From an uncultured Gammaproteobacteria bacterium (GTDB taxonomy: Bacteria > Patescibacteriota > Patescibacteriia > Patescibacteriales > GWE2-39-37): 64,000 bases of DNA. Shown here piece by piece: positions 24,917-34,098 of this stretch (position 1 is the first letter of the stretch; each line of letters starts with the position of its first letter). Below the pieces are notes generated by a model that saw only the letters and a program-made list of their open reading frames with translations, searched no databases and was not told where the DNA came from. The position numbers and the translations under genes were made by a program. Where the stretch lies: NCBI GenBank assembly GCA_964443495.1, contig CAYUCS010000001.1, positions 147,806 to 211,805 on the forward strand, read 5' to 3'.

Positions 24917-24951
24917 CAAAGCCCTCATTTTATTGAAAAATGAGGGCTTTG
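24917..24951. other. Long hairpin CAAAGCCCTCA...TGAGGGCTTTG following the F-type element
   Basis: 11-bp GC-containing stem plus an inner AT extension. No clear T-run, so terminator function is uncertain. Confidence 0.45.
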
Positions 24952-24966
24952 TGTTATGCTGTTTCT

Positions 24967-27066
24967 ATGTTAACTTTAGGGACTTCAATCAAGGAAATGA
25001 GCCGGGTGGGCGCCTTGACCGCCAAGAAGCTCAAGTCGCTCGATATCGAGACGGTCGAGGATCTTTTGCTGTACTTTCCTTTCCGTTACGACGACTATAG
25101 CCAGCCGGTCAAGATTAATCAGCTGGTCCCGGGCACTAATGCCTGCCTGACGGGGCAGGTTGAATTGTTGCAGAATAAGCGCAGTTTCAGGAAGCATATT
25201 TCAGTGACAGAGGCGCTGGTCAGCGATGAGACCGGTTCGGTCAAGGTCGTCTGGTTCAACCAGCCGTTCATCATCAAGAACCTGAAGGAGGGCGACAAGG
25301 TCTCTTTGGCTGGCAAGGTGGAAGAGGATTATGCCGGACCGTTCCTGGCCAGCCCGACTTATGAGAAGCTGTCTGATGACGACAGCGCCGTGCATACTCA
25401 GGGCTTGGTCCCAAATTATCATTTGACTGCCAATTTGACGCAGAAGCAATTGCGGTTCCTGATGAAGCAGGTCGTCGGTCTGGCAAGCAAGCTGACTGAC
25501 TGGCTGCCGGACGAAATCCGGAAGGCGAACAAGCTGTTGACCCTGGCCGAGGCGGTGCGGCTGATACATTTTCCTCGCAGCCATGAAGAGATTTCAGCCG
25601 CCAAAAAGCGCTTGGCCTTCAACGAGCTTTTTCTGATCCAGCTAGTTGCGCAGCAGAATCAGCGCGGGATCTCCAAGACCAAAGCGCCGGCTATCATTTT
25701 TGACGAGGAGCTTACCAAGAAGTTCGTGTCCAACCTGCCATTCACTTTGACTGATGCTCAGCGCAAGGCGGCTTGGGCGATCTTGAAGAACTTAGAACAG
25801 GACACTCCGATGACCAGACTGCTTGAAGGTGATGTCGGCAGCGGCAAGACTGTGGTGGCGGCCCTGGTAGCGCTCAACGCCGCCGCGAATGGCTGGCAGT
25901 CGGCCATTTTGGTGCCGACGGAAATACTGGCCAAGCAGCATTTCGCCAGCATCTCGAAATTATTGGGAGATTTTAATATCACGGTCGGATTAGTGACGAG
26001 AAGCGAGAAGAAGTTAAGCAGGGAGATCGAAGCGACGGACAGTGAAGACGGGAAGAAGAAGACTAAGAAGCCTGACGCGTCCTTGATCGTGCGCCAGTCC
26101 GATATCTTGGTCGGTACCCATGCCTTAATTCAAGAAGACGTCAGGTTTGAAAAGTTGGGCTTGGTGGTGGTTGATGAGCAGCATCGATTCGGCGTGGCTC
26201 AGCGCCAGAATCTTTTGGAAAAATCAGGAGTCGAGGGTTTGTCGCCGCATCTGCTGTCAATGACGGCTACGCCGATTCCGCGGAGCTTGGCCTTGGCTCT
26301 GTATGGCGACCTTGATATTTCTGTTCTGAACGAGCTGCCTGCGGGACGGAAGCCGATCAAGACCAGGATCGTTTCGGAAGAAAAGCGCATGCTAGCCTAC
26401 AAGTTCATCCGTGAACAGATCGAGGCCGGGCGGCAGGTGTTCGTCATCTGCCCGTTGATCGATCCTTCCGACAAGCTGGGCGTGAAGTCGGTCAATGATG
26501 AACATGAGAAATTGAATAAGCAGATTTTTCCGGACTTGGAGGTCGGCTTGCTTCATGGCAAGCTCAAGGCCGCGGAAAAAGAGCAGGTGATGGCCGATTT
26601 TGCTGCCGGCAAGACCAAGATCCTGGTTTCGACCTCGGTGGTCGAAGTGGGAGTGGATGTGCCGAACGCTACGGTAATGATGATCGAAGGCGCCGAACGT
26701 TTCGGCTTGGCGCAATTGCACCAGTTCCGCGGACGAGTCGGCAGGAGCGATCATCAATCATATTGCATGCTGTTCACCGAAAGCAATTCGCCGGAAACTT
26801 TGCGGCGGCTCGAGGCGCTGGAGCAGCACAATGACGGTTTCGCCCTGGCCAAGATCGATTTGGAGCTGCGCGGTCCGGGCGAGGTTTACGGGCAATTGCA
26901 GAAAGGTTTTCCAGAACTGAAGCTAGCCTCGCTATTCGATTACGAATTGATGGAGATGGCCAAGAAGGCGGCTAGCGAGCTACTGGATAGAGACCCGGAA
27001 TTGGCAAACAATGAGCTTTTGAGAAATGAGTCCGCGCATTGGCGTGGGAATATCCACTGGGAATAA
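24967..27066 (+). CDS. recG: ATP-dependent DNA helicase RecG
   Basis: ORF 24940..27066 trimmed to ATG 24967, because 24940 lies in the hairpin. Contains 'GDVGSGKT' and 'VVDEQHRFG', with an N-terminal wedge/OB region. Confidence 0.9.
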   Translation: MLTLGTSIKEMSRVGALTAKKLKSLDIETVEDLLLYFPFRYDDYSQPVKINQLVPGTNACLTGQVELLQNKRSFRKHISVTEALVSDETGSVKVVWFNQPFIIKNLKEGDKVSLAGKVEEDYAGPFLASPTYEKLSDDDSAVHTQGLVPNYHLTANLTQKQLRFLMKQVVGLASKLTDWLPDEIRKANKLLTLAEAVRLIHFPRSHEEISAAKKRLAFNELFLIQLVAQQNQRGISKTKAPAIIFDEELTKKFVSNLPFTLTDAQRKAAWAILKNLEQDTPMTRLLEGDVGSGKTVVAALVALNAAANGWQSAILVPTEILAKQHFASISKLLGDFNITVGLVTRSEKKLSREIEATDSEDGKKKTKKPDASLIVRQSDILVGTHALIQEDVRFEKLGLVVVDEQHRFGVAQRQNLLEKSGVEGLSPHLLSMTATPIPRSLALALYGDLDISVLNELPAGRKPIKTRIVSEEKRMLAYKFIREQIEAGRQVFVICPLIDPSDKLGVKSVNDEHEKLNKQIFPDLEVGLLHGKLKAAEKEQVMADFAAGKTKILVSTSVVEVGVDVPNATVMMIEGAERFGLAQLHQFRGRVGRSDHQSYCMLFTESNSPETLRRLEALEQHNDGFALAKIDLELRGPGEVYGQLQKGFPELKLASLFDYELMEMAKKAASELLDRDPELANNELLRNESAHWRGNIHWE

Positions 27067-27072
27067 TTAAAT

Positions 27073-27224
27073 TAAGAGGCGGGATTATATTCTTTCAGTC
27101 AGGATAAAAAAGACGAAGTCTTTTTGTATGGTCGGGAATTCATGTTCCTTGACCAAAATTCTGGGGCTTTTCTTCGAAAAACTTACGAATTTTTATTCCT
27201 TCAAGAATATAATCCCGCCTCTTA
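27073..27224. repeat. 22-bp perfect inverted repeat (TAAGAGGCGGGATTATATTCTT / AAGAATATAATCCCGCCTCTTA) flanking 108 bp between convergent recG and mpg
   Basis: Arms at 27073-27094 and 27203-27224, read directly. Inner AAAAAGAC-GAA-GTCTTTTT hairpin at about 27107-27125. Confidence 0.6.
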
Positions 27225-27226
27225 GT

Positions 27227-27793
27227 CTAGTATTTTGAAACGAAGGCGTTGTTTTTGATATAGAACCGCCATGGCTTGTCTTTGTATTCTCCGGCGTAGT
27301 CTATGCCGATGCGCGGCTTGGCTACGATGCTTTCGGGCTTCAAAATAAAATTTTTGGCACGTCCTTCGATCCAGAGGCCGTGCTTTTTAGTGTGGAGCGG
27401 CAGACCATTGAAAGACCTGTCGATAGCCAGTGCTTTGGTCAGCCTGGCCGGGCCATCGGTTCTGGTTTTGTTTGGCGTTAATGGTTCAAGCGCGCGGATC
27501 AGCACAGCCGCCGGGTAATCCTTGGGGCCGGTTACGGCATTGAGCATGTGGTGCATGCCATAGGTAAAATAGACATAAGCAATGCCGCCTGCTTCGAACA
27601 TCGGCTGATTGCGCGGCGTGCGGCCGCGGCTGGCGTGCGAGCCCTTGTCGAGCGGCCCGTCGTAGGCTTCGGTCTCGACAATCAAGTATTTGGCAATGCG
27701 GCCATCAGGAAAGCGGCGCACTAAAAAACAGCCCAGCAGGTCTTGGGCTATTTTTAAAGTTGGTTGGAGATAGAAGGATTTAGGTAACAGCAT
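27227..27793 (-). CDS. DNA-3-methyladenine glycosylase (Mpg/AAG family)
   Basis: 'FYLQPTLKIAQDLLGCFLVRR...IVETEAY' is typical of the MPG family. Confidence 0.85.
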   Translation of the reverse strand: MLLPKSFYLQPTLKIAQDLLGCFLVRRFPDGRIAKYLIVETEAYDGPLDKGSHASRGRTPRNQPMFEAGGIAYVYFTYGMHHMLNAVTGPKDYPAAVLIRALEPLTPNKTRTDGPARLTKALAIDRSFNGLPLHTKKHGLWIEGRAKNFILKPESIVAKPRIGIDYAGEYKDKPWRFYIKNNAFVSKY

Positions 27794-29142
27794 TATTTGA
27801 AGGTGAAGAAAGATGCTAGGTTGTCTATGTTCTTTACTGGCAGGGCTTTGATTTTCTTGCCGCCCTCGGCTTTGGCTGGCACCATGGCCTGCTTGAAGCC
27901 GAGCTTTTCCGCTTCATTCAGACGTTGCCCGAGTTTCGAAGCGGGGCGGACTTCGCCGCCCAGGCCGACTTCGCCTAAGGCGATAGTCTGCGCTGGCAAG
28001 GGTTCATTCAAAAGGGAGGAGATGATGGCGGCGCAGACCGCTAAATCCAGGGCTGGATCATTGATCTTGAGTCCGCCGACGACGTTGATGATGACGTCCT
28101 GGTTGGCCAGATTGACCTTGGCGCGTTTCATCAGAACAGCGATTAGGACTTGTAAGCGGTTAAGGTCGAAGCCCGAGGCTTTGCGTTGCGGGTAACCGAA
28201 GACAGTCTTGGTGACTAGAGCCTGTACCTCGACCAGGAATGGTCTTGTGCCCTCAAGGATGCAGCTGACAGCGGCGCCAGCCAGGTGCTCGCTGTCCGCT
28301 TCCAAGAATATGCCCCCGGGGTTAGTGACCTCCTCGAAGCCGCCACCGGTCATGGAGAATACGCCCAGCTCATTGACCGAGCCGAAGCGGTTCTTGCTGG
28401 CGCGCAAGAGGCGGTAATCGTGCTGGGTTTCGCTTTCAAGGTATAGGACGGTATCGACAATGTGTTCGAGGCTTTTCGGTCCCGCCACCGCGCCATCCTT
28501 GGTGATGTGGCCGATCAGGATGACGGCGACGCTTTTCTGTTTGGCCAGTTCGAGCAGCTTGACCGCGCTGGCGCGGATTTGGCTGACGCTGCCAGCTTCC
28601 GACGGCAGGTTGAAGGAATAGATAGTCTGGATCGAGTCCACGATCAGGACGACCGGCTTCGATTCTTCGGCAGTGGCGACAATTTTTTCGACATTGGTCT
28701 CGTTGAGGAAGCCGATGGTGCCCGGATCGATGGACAAGCGCTCAAGCCGTTCCTTGACCTGATGGGCCGATTCCTCGCCGCTGACGTAAAGTACGGGCTG
28801 TTTATTGGCCAGGTATCCGGCCAACTGGGCCACGAGAGTCGATTTGCCGATACCGGGTTCACCTGCCAAAAGGACAAAGGAGTCCGGCATCAGTCCGCCG
28901 CCCAGGACGCGGTCGCACTCGGCCAAGCCGGTCGACAGCCGGTTGAAGTTCCGTTCGTTGATTTCCTTGAGATTTATGACGTTCGCTGCGGCCGGCTTCT
29001 GACTTTGGGTTTTTTGTTCTTGCGGCGTCAGGCTTTGTTCCTCAAGCGTGCCCCAGGAGCCGCACTCGGTGCAGCGGCCGCCCCATTTGGGGAATTGGGC
29101 ATCGCATTTGCGGCAAATGAAAACAGTGGATATTTTGGACAT
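27793..29142 (-). CDS. radA: DNA repair protein RadA/Sms
   Basis: Trimmed to MSKISTVFICRKC. Zn ribbon 'CRKCDAQFPKWGGRCTECGSW', Walker A 'GEPGIGKST', 'KNRFG', and a Lon-like C-domain. Confidence 0.9.
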   Translation of the reverse strand: MSKISTVFICRKCDAQFPKWGGRCTECGSWGTLEEQSLTPQEQKTQSQKPAAANVINLKEINERNFNRLSTGLAECDRVLGGGLMPDSFVLLAGEPGIGKSTLVAQLAGYLANKQPVLYVSGEESAHQVKERLERLSIDPGTIGFLNETNVEKIVATAEESKPVVLIVDSIQTIYSFNLPSEAGSVSQIRASAVKLLELAKQKSVAVILIGHITKDGAVAGPKSLEHIVDTVLYLESETQHDYRLLRASKNRFGSVNELGVFSMTGGGFEEVTNPGGIFLEADSEHLAGAAVSCILEGTRPFLVEVQALVTKTVFGYPQRKASGFDLNRLQVLIAVLMKRAKVNLANQDVIINVVGGLKINDPALDLAVCAAIISSLLNEPLPAQTIALGEVGLGGEVRPASKLGQRLNEAEKLGFKQAMVPAKAEGGKKIKALPVKNIDNLASFFTFK

Positions 29143-29194
29143 ATGTTCAAATAAAAACAGCACTCCTCGCTGTTTTTATATTGGTTTTGATTTA

Positions 29195-29932
29195 TTATTT
29201 TTTGAGCAACGATTCGACAGTCTGTTTCAATTCAGCGAAAGTAACCTCGCCCATGAATTCCTTGTCGTTGACAAACAGGAAGGGTACTCCGGTGATGCCT
29301 AGGGCATTGGCCTCGGTCATGTTGTCATTGACCGCTTTGGCCGTAATATTGTTCTGGAAACATTGATTGAAATCCAGCATGTTCAGCTTGAGATTTTTGG
29401 CGATCGATGTCAACAGCTCCGGGCTCAGCTTGTTGCCGCCCTGGAAGGCAAGGTCGTGGTATTGCCAGAATTTTCCTTGGTTAGCGGCGCAGCGGCCGGC
29501 AATGGCTGCCCGATGCGACAACGATTTGACGTCCTTTTCCGGGTAGTCTTTCCAGATCAACTTGATTTTGCCCGGGTAGGCGTCCATGAGCTGGCGTACT
29601 TGCAGTTCTTGCGAGCCGCAGTAAGCGCAGGTAAAGTCAGAGAACTGGATTATCGTGATGGGTGATTGCATGTCGCCGAGGACCGGATCGGCACCGTTGA
29701 TTATGGGCTTGGTGATCAGATCCTTGGCTGTCGGAACCTTGGTGATGAAAGGGTCGGTCTGGAATCGAGCGTAAGGATCCTGCGCGCCATCCTGGCCAGC
29801 CGTCGCGGGTTGCTCAGGGAAGAGCAATCCGCGCAAAAGCATTACGCTGAAAATGAAAACAAAGACGGCGATGAAGGAAGAAATGATGAGTAAGGGCGTA
29901 AAAAATTTTTGGCTGGTTATTTTCTTTTTCAT
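29195..29932 (-). CDS. DsbA/thioredoxin-fold thiol:disulfide oxidoreductase, membrane-anchored
   Basis: N-terminal TM segment and CxxC 'FTCAYCG'. Confidence 0.8.
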   Translation of the reverse strand: MKKKITSQKFFTPLLIISSFIAVFVFIFSVMLLRGLLFPEQPATAGQDGAQDPYARFQTDPFITKVPTAKDLITKPIINGADPVLGDMQSPITIIQFSDFTCAYCGSQELQVRQLMDAYPGKIKLIWKDYPEKDVKSLSHRAAIAGRCAANQGKFWQYHDLAFQGGNKLSPELLTSIAKNLKLNMLDFNQCFQNNITAKAVNDNMTEANALGITGVPFLFVNDKEFMGEVTFAELKQTVESLLKK

Positions 29933-29983
29933 AGTGGCTTGTTGTGGTTAATGATTGTGCTGGCGAGGTCCGCGGGGCTGCGC

Positions 29984-31234
29984 CTATTTTAGATTTATCT
30001 TGTGCAGCTGGCCGGTAGCGTTGTCGCTGAAATAGAGATATTTCTGATCCGGGCTGACCATGATGTTTTTGATGGTGTAGTCGCCCTCAGGAATGGCGAT
30101 GCGCCGTTTGTCGCCAGTAGCCGAGTCGATCTGATAAAGGTCGTCGATCGTGTTCTGGGCCAATTCAGGGAAGAGTCCGGCTCCTTCTTCAAGGTTGCGC
30201 GGCACGGCGCAGAACAGGCTGGTGCCGGCAGAGAAGTTGCATTTGTCCGCCCAGGTATTCACGTTCAGGTTGCGACGGTTTGAGCCGATGCTGTCTCCCT
30301 GGGAATCAACCACCCACAAGCCGGGCTTCATGTCAGTCTGGCTGGAGTAAACGCTGTACACCAGCTGATTGCCTTGCGGCGACCACTTGGGCTCGAAGCC
30401 GCGTCCTTCGACGATAGTCGATTTGAAATTTTCTCCGTTCAGGCCGATGAAATAGACTTCTTGCCGGTCGAAATCCTTGCCCTCGGCATAAAGCGCAGCC
30501 ACTTGGTTGTTGGGGGACCATTCGGTGTAGACTTGGTCTTCTTTGTCTCCCAGTTGCTCGATGCCTTTGACTTGGCTGCCGTCGCTGCTCACCGTGGCCA
30601 CCCAGCGATTATCCGGATCTTCGCCGATGCTTTTAAAAACCAGGTTGCTGCCATCGGGCGAATAAGAGAAGTCTTTCCAGTGGGCGGGCAAAGTGACCTG
30701 TTTCTGATTGTTGAAATCATAAATAATGTTCGAGCCGTCAGGATATTCCAGTACTGCATTATTCTTATTCGGTGACCAGACTACGTTCTCCACTTTGTAA
30801 AAAACCTTGTCGGAAATCGCCTTGGCGTTGCCATCGGGGTCGATGCGGTAGAATTTGCCGTCGTTCTTATCGTAATATTGCAGGCCCTTGCCATCTCCGG
30901 AAAGAGTTGATCCGAGCGTCGGGCTTTTGGTGAGGGTATCGGTCTTCGTGACGTTTCCAGAGGCGACCGGGTCGACTGGCCTGGCAACCGTAGTCGTGGC
31001 CGCTCCTGACAAGCCTCCGGTCTTGTCTCCGCTATCTATGATCTGGCCGCCAGTGCCGGTATTGGCCGTCGGCAAGCCGCTGCCGCCAGTCGTGGTGGCC
31101 GTCTGGTCGCCGCCAGTGCCGGTCGGGGCGGCTGATTTGAAAAACAAGGAGTAGAGGAAATAGCCGATGAATATGACAATGCCGACAAAGCCGGCGACTA
31201 GGAAAATTTTTTTATACCTATTGAAAAAATCCAT
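29984..31234 (-). CDS. Membrane-anchored TolB-like (PD40/WD40-like) beta-propeller protein
   Basis: N-terminal TM segment, Gly/Thr-rich linker, and repeated 'WSPNK', 'YSPDGS', 'WSPNNQ', 'WSPQGN' PD40-type motifs. Confidence 0.65.
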   Translation of the reverse strand: MDFFNRYKKIFLVAGFVGIVIFIGYFLYSLFFKSAAPTGTGGDQTATTTGGSGLPTANTGTGGQIIDSGDKTGGLSGAATTTVARPVDPVASGNVTKTDTLTKSPTLGSTLSGDGKGLQYYDKNDGKFYRIDPDGNAKAISDKVFYKVENVVWSPNKNNAVLEYPDGSNIIYDFNNQKQVTLPAHWKDFSYSPDGSNLVFKSIGEDPDNRWVATVSSDGSQVKGIEQLGDKEDQVYTEWSPNNQVAALYAEGKDFDRQEVYFIGLNGENFKSTIVEGRGFEPKWSPQGNQLVYSVYSSQTDMKPGLWVVDSQGDSIGSNRRNLNVNTWADKCNFSAGTSLFCAVPRNLEEGAGLFPELAQNTIDDLYQIDSATGDKRRIAIPEGDYTIKNIMVSPDQKYLYFSDNATGQLHKINLK

Positions 31235-31353
31235 AGTGGCTATTTTATTGAATTATCGATTTGTGTTATAATTAATGGAAGGAAGTTTTTGCGGTGAACT
31301 TAATCATATTATATAATATTAACGAAAGTTATTAAAGAGTAACTGCCATATAT

Positions 31354-32409
31354 ATGGGATTATTATCAAGCGTCAGCTATCTCGGAATCGACATAGGCAC
31401 CTCAAGCATAAAAATAGTCGAATTGAAAAAGGTCAAAGGCCGGCCGGCGCTGTCTTCATATGGCTTCAGCGAGGGCAAGGACTCGAGCTTGAGCATCGAT
31501 TGGCAGAACAATCCCAAGAAAGCCGCGCAAGTCATCAACAAGATCAGGCTGGAGGCTGGCATTGCCGGAAGGCAAGCTGTCGCCGCCTTGCCGACTTATG
31601 CGGTCTTTTCGTCGGTTCTGAATCTGACCAATGTCGACCCCAAGGAGATTGATGCTGCCGTCCGCTGGGAGGCGAAAAAGGTCATTCCGGTGGCGCTTGA
31701 GGATATGATTCTGGATTGGCGGCGCATCGAGGATGAGCCCGGCCAGGCATCCGTACCTGGAAATTTCAAAATTCTTTTGACCGGAGCCCCAAGGACTTTG
31801 GTAAAGAAATATATCGATATATTCAAGGAGGCGCAAATCAATCTTTTGAGCTTGGAAACGGAGACCTTTTCTCTGGTGCGGGCCCTTTTAGGCAAAGACA
31901 AGAGCGTCATCATGATGGTGGAACTCGGCACTAACACTACGGATATAGCTGTCGTGGACAAGGGCATTCCCGTGTTGTCCCGCAGCATCGATGTCGGCGG
32001 CTTGACCATCACCAAAGCGATCGGTGACAATCTCGGCGTCGGACTCGAGCGTGCGGAGCAGTTCAAATACGACATGGGCGGCACGGCCCTGGAGTCATCG
32101 GGCCAGGACATCGTTCCCAAAACGATCATCGAGACCATCAATCCGATCATGAACGAGGTGAAATACGTTTTGAACATGTATGAAAGCAAGAATAACAAGC
32201 GGGTGGAAAAGATCGTCCTCTCGGGCGGCGCCTCGCTTCTGGCCAGTTTTTCCGACTACTTGGCCAAAGAATTGAATCTTAACGTGATCATCGGCGACCC
32301 CTGGAACAGGCTATCTTATCCGGCGGAGCTGAAGCCGGTACTTGACGAGATCGGCCCCAGGATGTCGGTTGCAGTAGGGTTGGCATTGAGACAGCTCGAC
32401 TCAAATTAA
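31354..32409 (+). CDS. pilM: Type IV pilus assembly protein PilM (actin-like ATPase)
   Basis: 'LGIDIGTSSIKIVEL' phosphate-1 motif; 351 aa; heads the pilus operon. Confidence 0.85.
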   Translation: MGLLSSVSYLGIDIGTSSIKIVELKKVKGRPALSSYGFSEGKDSSLSIDWQNNPKKAAQVINKIRLEAGIAGRQAVAALPTYAVFSSVLNLTNVDPKEIDAAVRWEAKKVIPVALEDMILDWRRIEDEPGQASVPGNFKILLTGAPRTLVKKYIDIFKEAQINLLSLETETFSLVRALLGKDKSVIMMVELGTNTTDIAVVDKGIPVLSRSIDVGGLTITKAIGDNLGVGLERAEQFKYDMGGTALESSGQDIVPKTIIETINPIMNEVKYVLNMYESKNNKRVEKIVLSGGASLLASFSDYLAKELNLNVIIGDPWNRLSYPAELKPVLDEIGPRMSVAVGLALRQLDSN

Positions 32410-32410
32410 A

Positions 32411-33154
32411 ATGGCGGAAAACAAGAAAACAAAAAAAGACAGCGAAATGCCTGTGAATGGGGATAGCCCCATTGATTTGTCGTCCGGCCTGAAAGAGGAG
32501 GCGCCCAAGCCGGAAACGATCAGTGAACAGCTGGCTAGGATTTCTGATAAAATCAGGGCGAAATTCGAATTCCTATCCGGACCGAAGCGGAACGAGGGCG
32601 TTCTCGCGACCGACTTGATCAAAAGCGAGGTCATAACCTTTTTCGATTGGCAGCGCAACCTGACGTTGCTATCTATTTTTTTAGCGATTGATTTCATGAT
32701 CATTTTCGCTGGCTATAAGGGTGTCGAGTGGTGGCAAGCCCAGAAGCAGAAGGAAATCGAGTCGGTAGTCCAGCAATTCAATCTGCTCGAAGCGGAGAAG
32801 AAGAGGGAAGAGGTTGACCTGGACAAGATCATCGATCTGCAGCGGAAATTGGACCAAGTCACTTTCCTGCTCAATCGCCATGTGCGCTGGACTAATCTTT
32901 TCAAATTTTTGGAAGAAAATACGCTTTCAACGGTTTACTTCGATAATTTCAGCGGCTCCATCAATGGCAGCTATACTTTCAAGGCGCACGCCAGCAGTTT
33001 TTATGAGGTGGCGCAGCAGATTAACGTGTTGCGACGCAATCCAAAGGTCATTTCCGTCGTTGTCACTGGCGGAGGAGTCGATTCCGCTTCTAAAAGCGTC
33101 AGCTTCGACTTGGCATTGTCAATCAAGAGCGACGTGTTTACTGAGAAAAAGTAA
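32411..33154 (+). CDS. PilN-like bitopic pilus alignment protein
   Basis: Position after pilM; single TM segment 'LLSIFLAIDFMIIFAGY' followed by a coiled coil. Confidence 0.55.
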   Translation: MAENKKTKKDSEMPVNGDSPIDLSSGLKEEAPKPETISEQLARISDKIRAKFEFLSGPKRNEGVLATDLIKSEVITFFDWQRNLTLLSIFLAIDFMIIFAGYKGVEWWQAQKQKEIESVVQQFNLLEAEKKREEVDLDKIIDLQRKLDQVTFLLNRHVRWTNLFKFLEENTLSTVYFDNFSGSINGSYTFKAHASSFYEVAQQINVLRRNPKVISVVVTGGGVDSASKSVSFDLALSIKSDVFTEKK

Positions 33155-33158
33155 TTGA

Positions 33159-33788
33159 ATGAAGATAGAAAAAGACAAAAAGCAATTGATCAAGGCGGTA
33201 AACGATTTTTTGATCGACTATTTCCGCTGGCTTGCCACTCTGATGGTCTTGGCCGTCTTTTCAATCGGCGCTTTTTTTGTCGTTTTGCCGAAATATCAGG
33301 AGGTGTCACGGGAGATCAACGAAACTTTGACCGACCAGGACAACAAGTATCGGACCGTTTCGCAGTATGTTAACGATTTGAGAAAAGTCAATGCCGAATA
33401 CCGCGCCATAGACCAGACCAGCTTGGAACGGATGAAGAAGTTTTTGCCGACAGATCCGGAAACCGAGGACCTTCTGGTTCAGCTTGAGTCTTTGAGCAGG
33501 AGCCAGGGCATCAACCTGACCAGTTTGAACTTGTCTTCGGAGGGCAAGAAGGCTTCGGGCAATCCGTTCGCTGGCAACGAAGGGGGCAATGCCAGCTTGG
33601 CGGCCGACATCGGCCGAGTAAAGATAAATCTGGCAGCCAAGAACGTTGATTACAATTTGCTGAAAGATTTTTTAGGCAGCCTGGAGAAGAGTTTGCGGCT
33701 GCTCGATGTCTATAATGTTGACTTCCAGCCAAGCTACGGCTCCATGACTCTGGAAATATACGCTTATTATCTAAAGAGCGCTCAATAG
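33159..33788 (+). CDS. PilO-like bitopic pilus alignment protein
   Basis: Position; TM segment 'LATLMVLAVFSIGAFFVVL' plus a coiled coil. Confidence 0.5.
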   Translation: MKIEKDKKQLIKAVNDFLIDYFRWLATLMVLAVFSIGAFFVVLPKYQEVSREINETLTDQDNKYRTVSQYVNDLRKVNAEYRAIDQTSLERMKKFLPTDPETEDLLVQLESLSRSQGINLTSLNLSSEGKKASGNPFAGNEGGNASLAADIGRVKINLAAKNVDYNLLKDFLGSLEKSLRLLDVYNVDFQPSYGSMTLEIYAYYLKSAQ

Positions 33789-33791
33789 CAT

Positions 33792-34097
33792 ATGGTCAAG
33801 ATGGACAAAAATTTAGTCGGGTTAGCCATTCTGGTTATGCTGTTTTTGCTGGCGGGTGCCGGCTTGTTTTGGCTGAAGAGCCTGAGCTGGACGAAAATGC
33901 CTAACGATTTGCCGGATTTCTTGACGGGAGCCAACAAGGCCAAAGCCAGCACGGTGCGCGCTATCAAGTCATTGAACCTCAAGGCTCTGCAGAACTCTGA
34001 GCTTAATGGCTTGAAAGAGATCGAAGTTCCAAGTTCTACGCCTGAGTTAGGAAATCTTAACCCATTCTCTAAGCCATCAAGGCCGAGCGGTAATTGA
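33792..34097 (+). CDS. Small membrane-anchored hypothetical protein (PilP position)
   Basis: TM segment 'LVGLAILVMLFLLAGAGLFWL'. Tight spacing within the operon. Confidence 0.4.
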   Translation: MVKMDKNLVGLAILVMLFLLAGAGLFWLKSLSWTKMPNDLPDFLTGANKAKASTVRAIKSLNLKALQNSELNGLKEIEVPSSTPELGNLNPFSKPSRPSGN

Positions 34098-34098
34098 T

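Noticed and set aside
29984-31234. TolB-like beta-propeller protein upstream of pilM as a substitute secretin or pilus component
   Set aside because: It is on the opposite strand from the pilus operon. It has PD40 repeats only and no secretin or pilotin motifs, and adjacency alone is insufficient.
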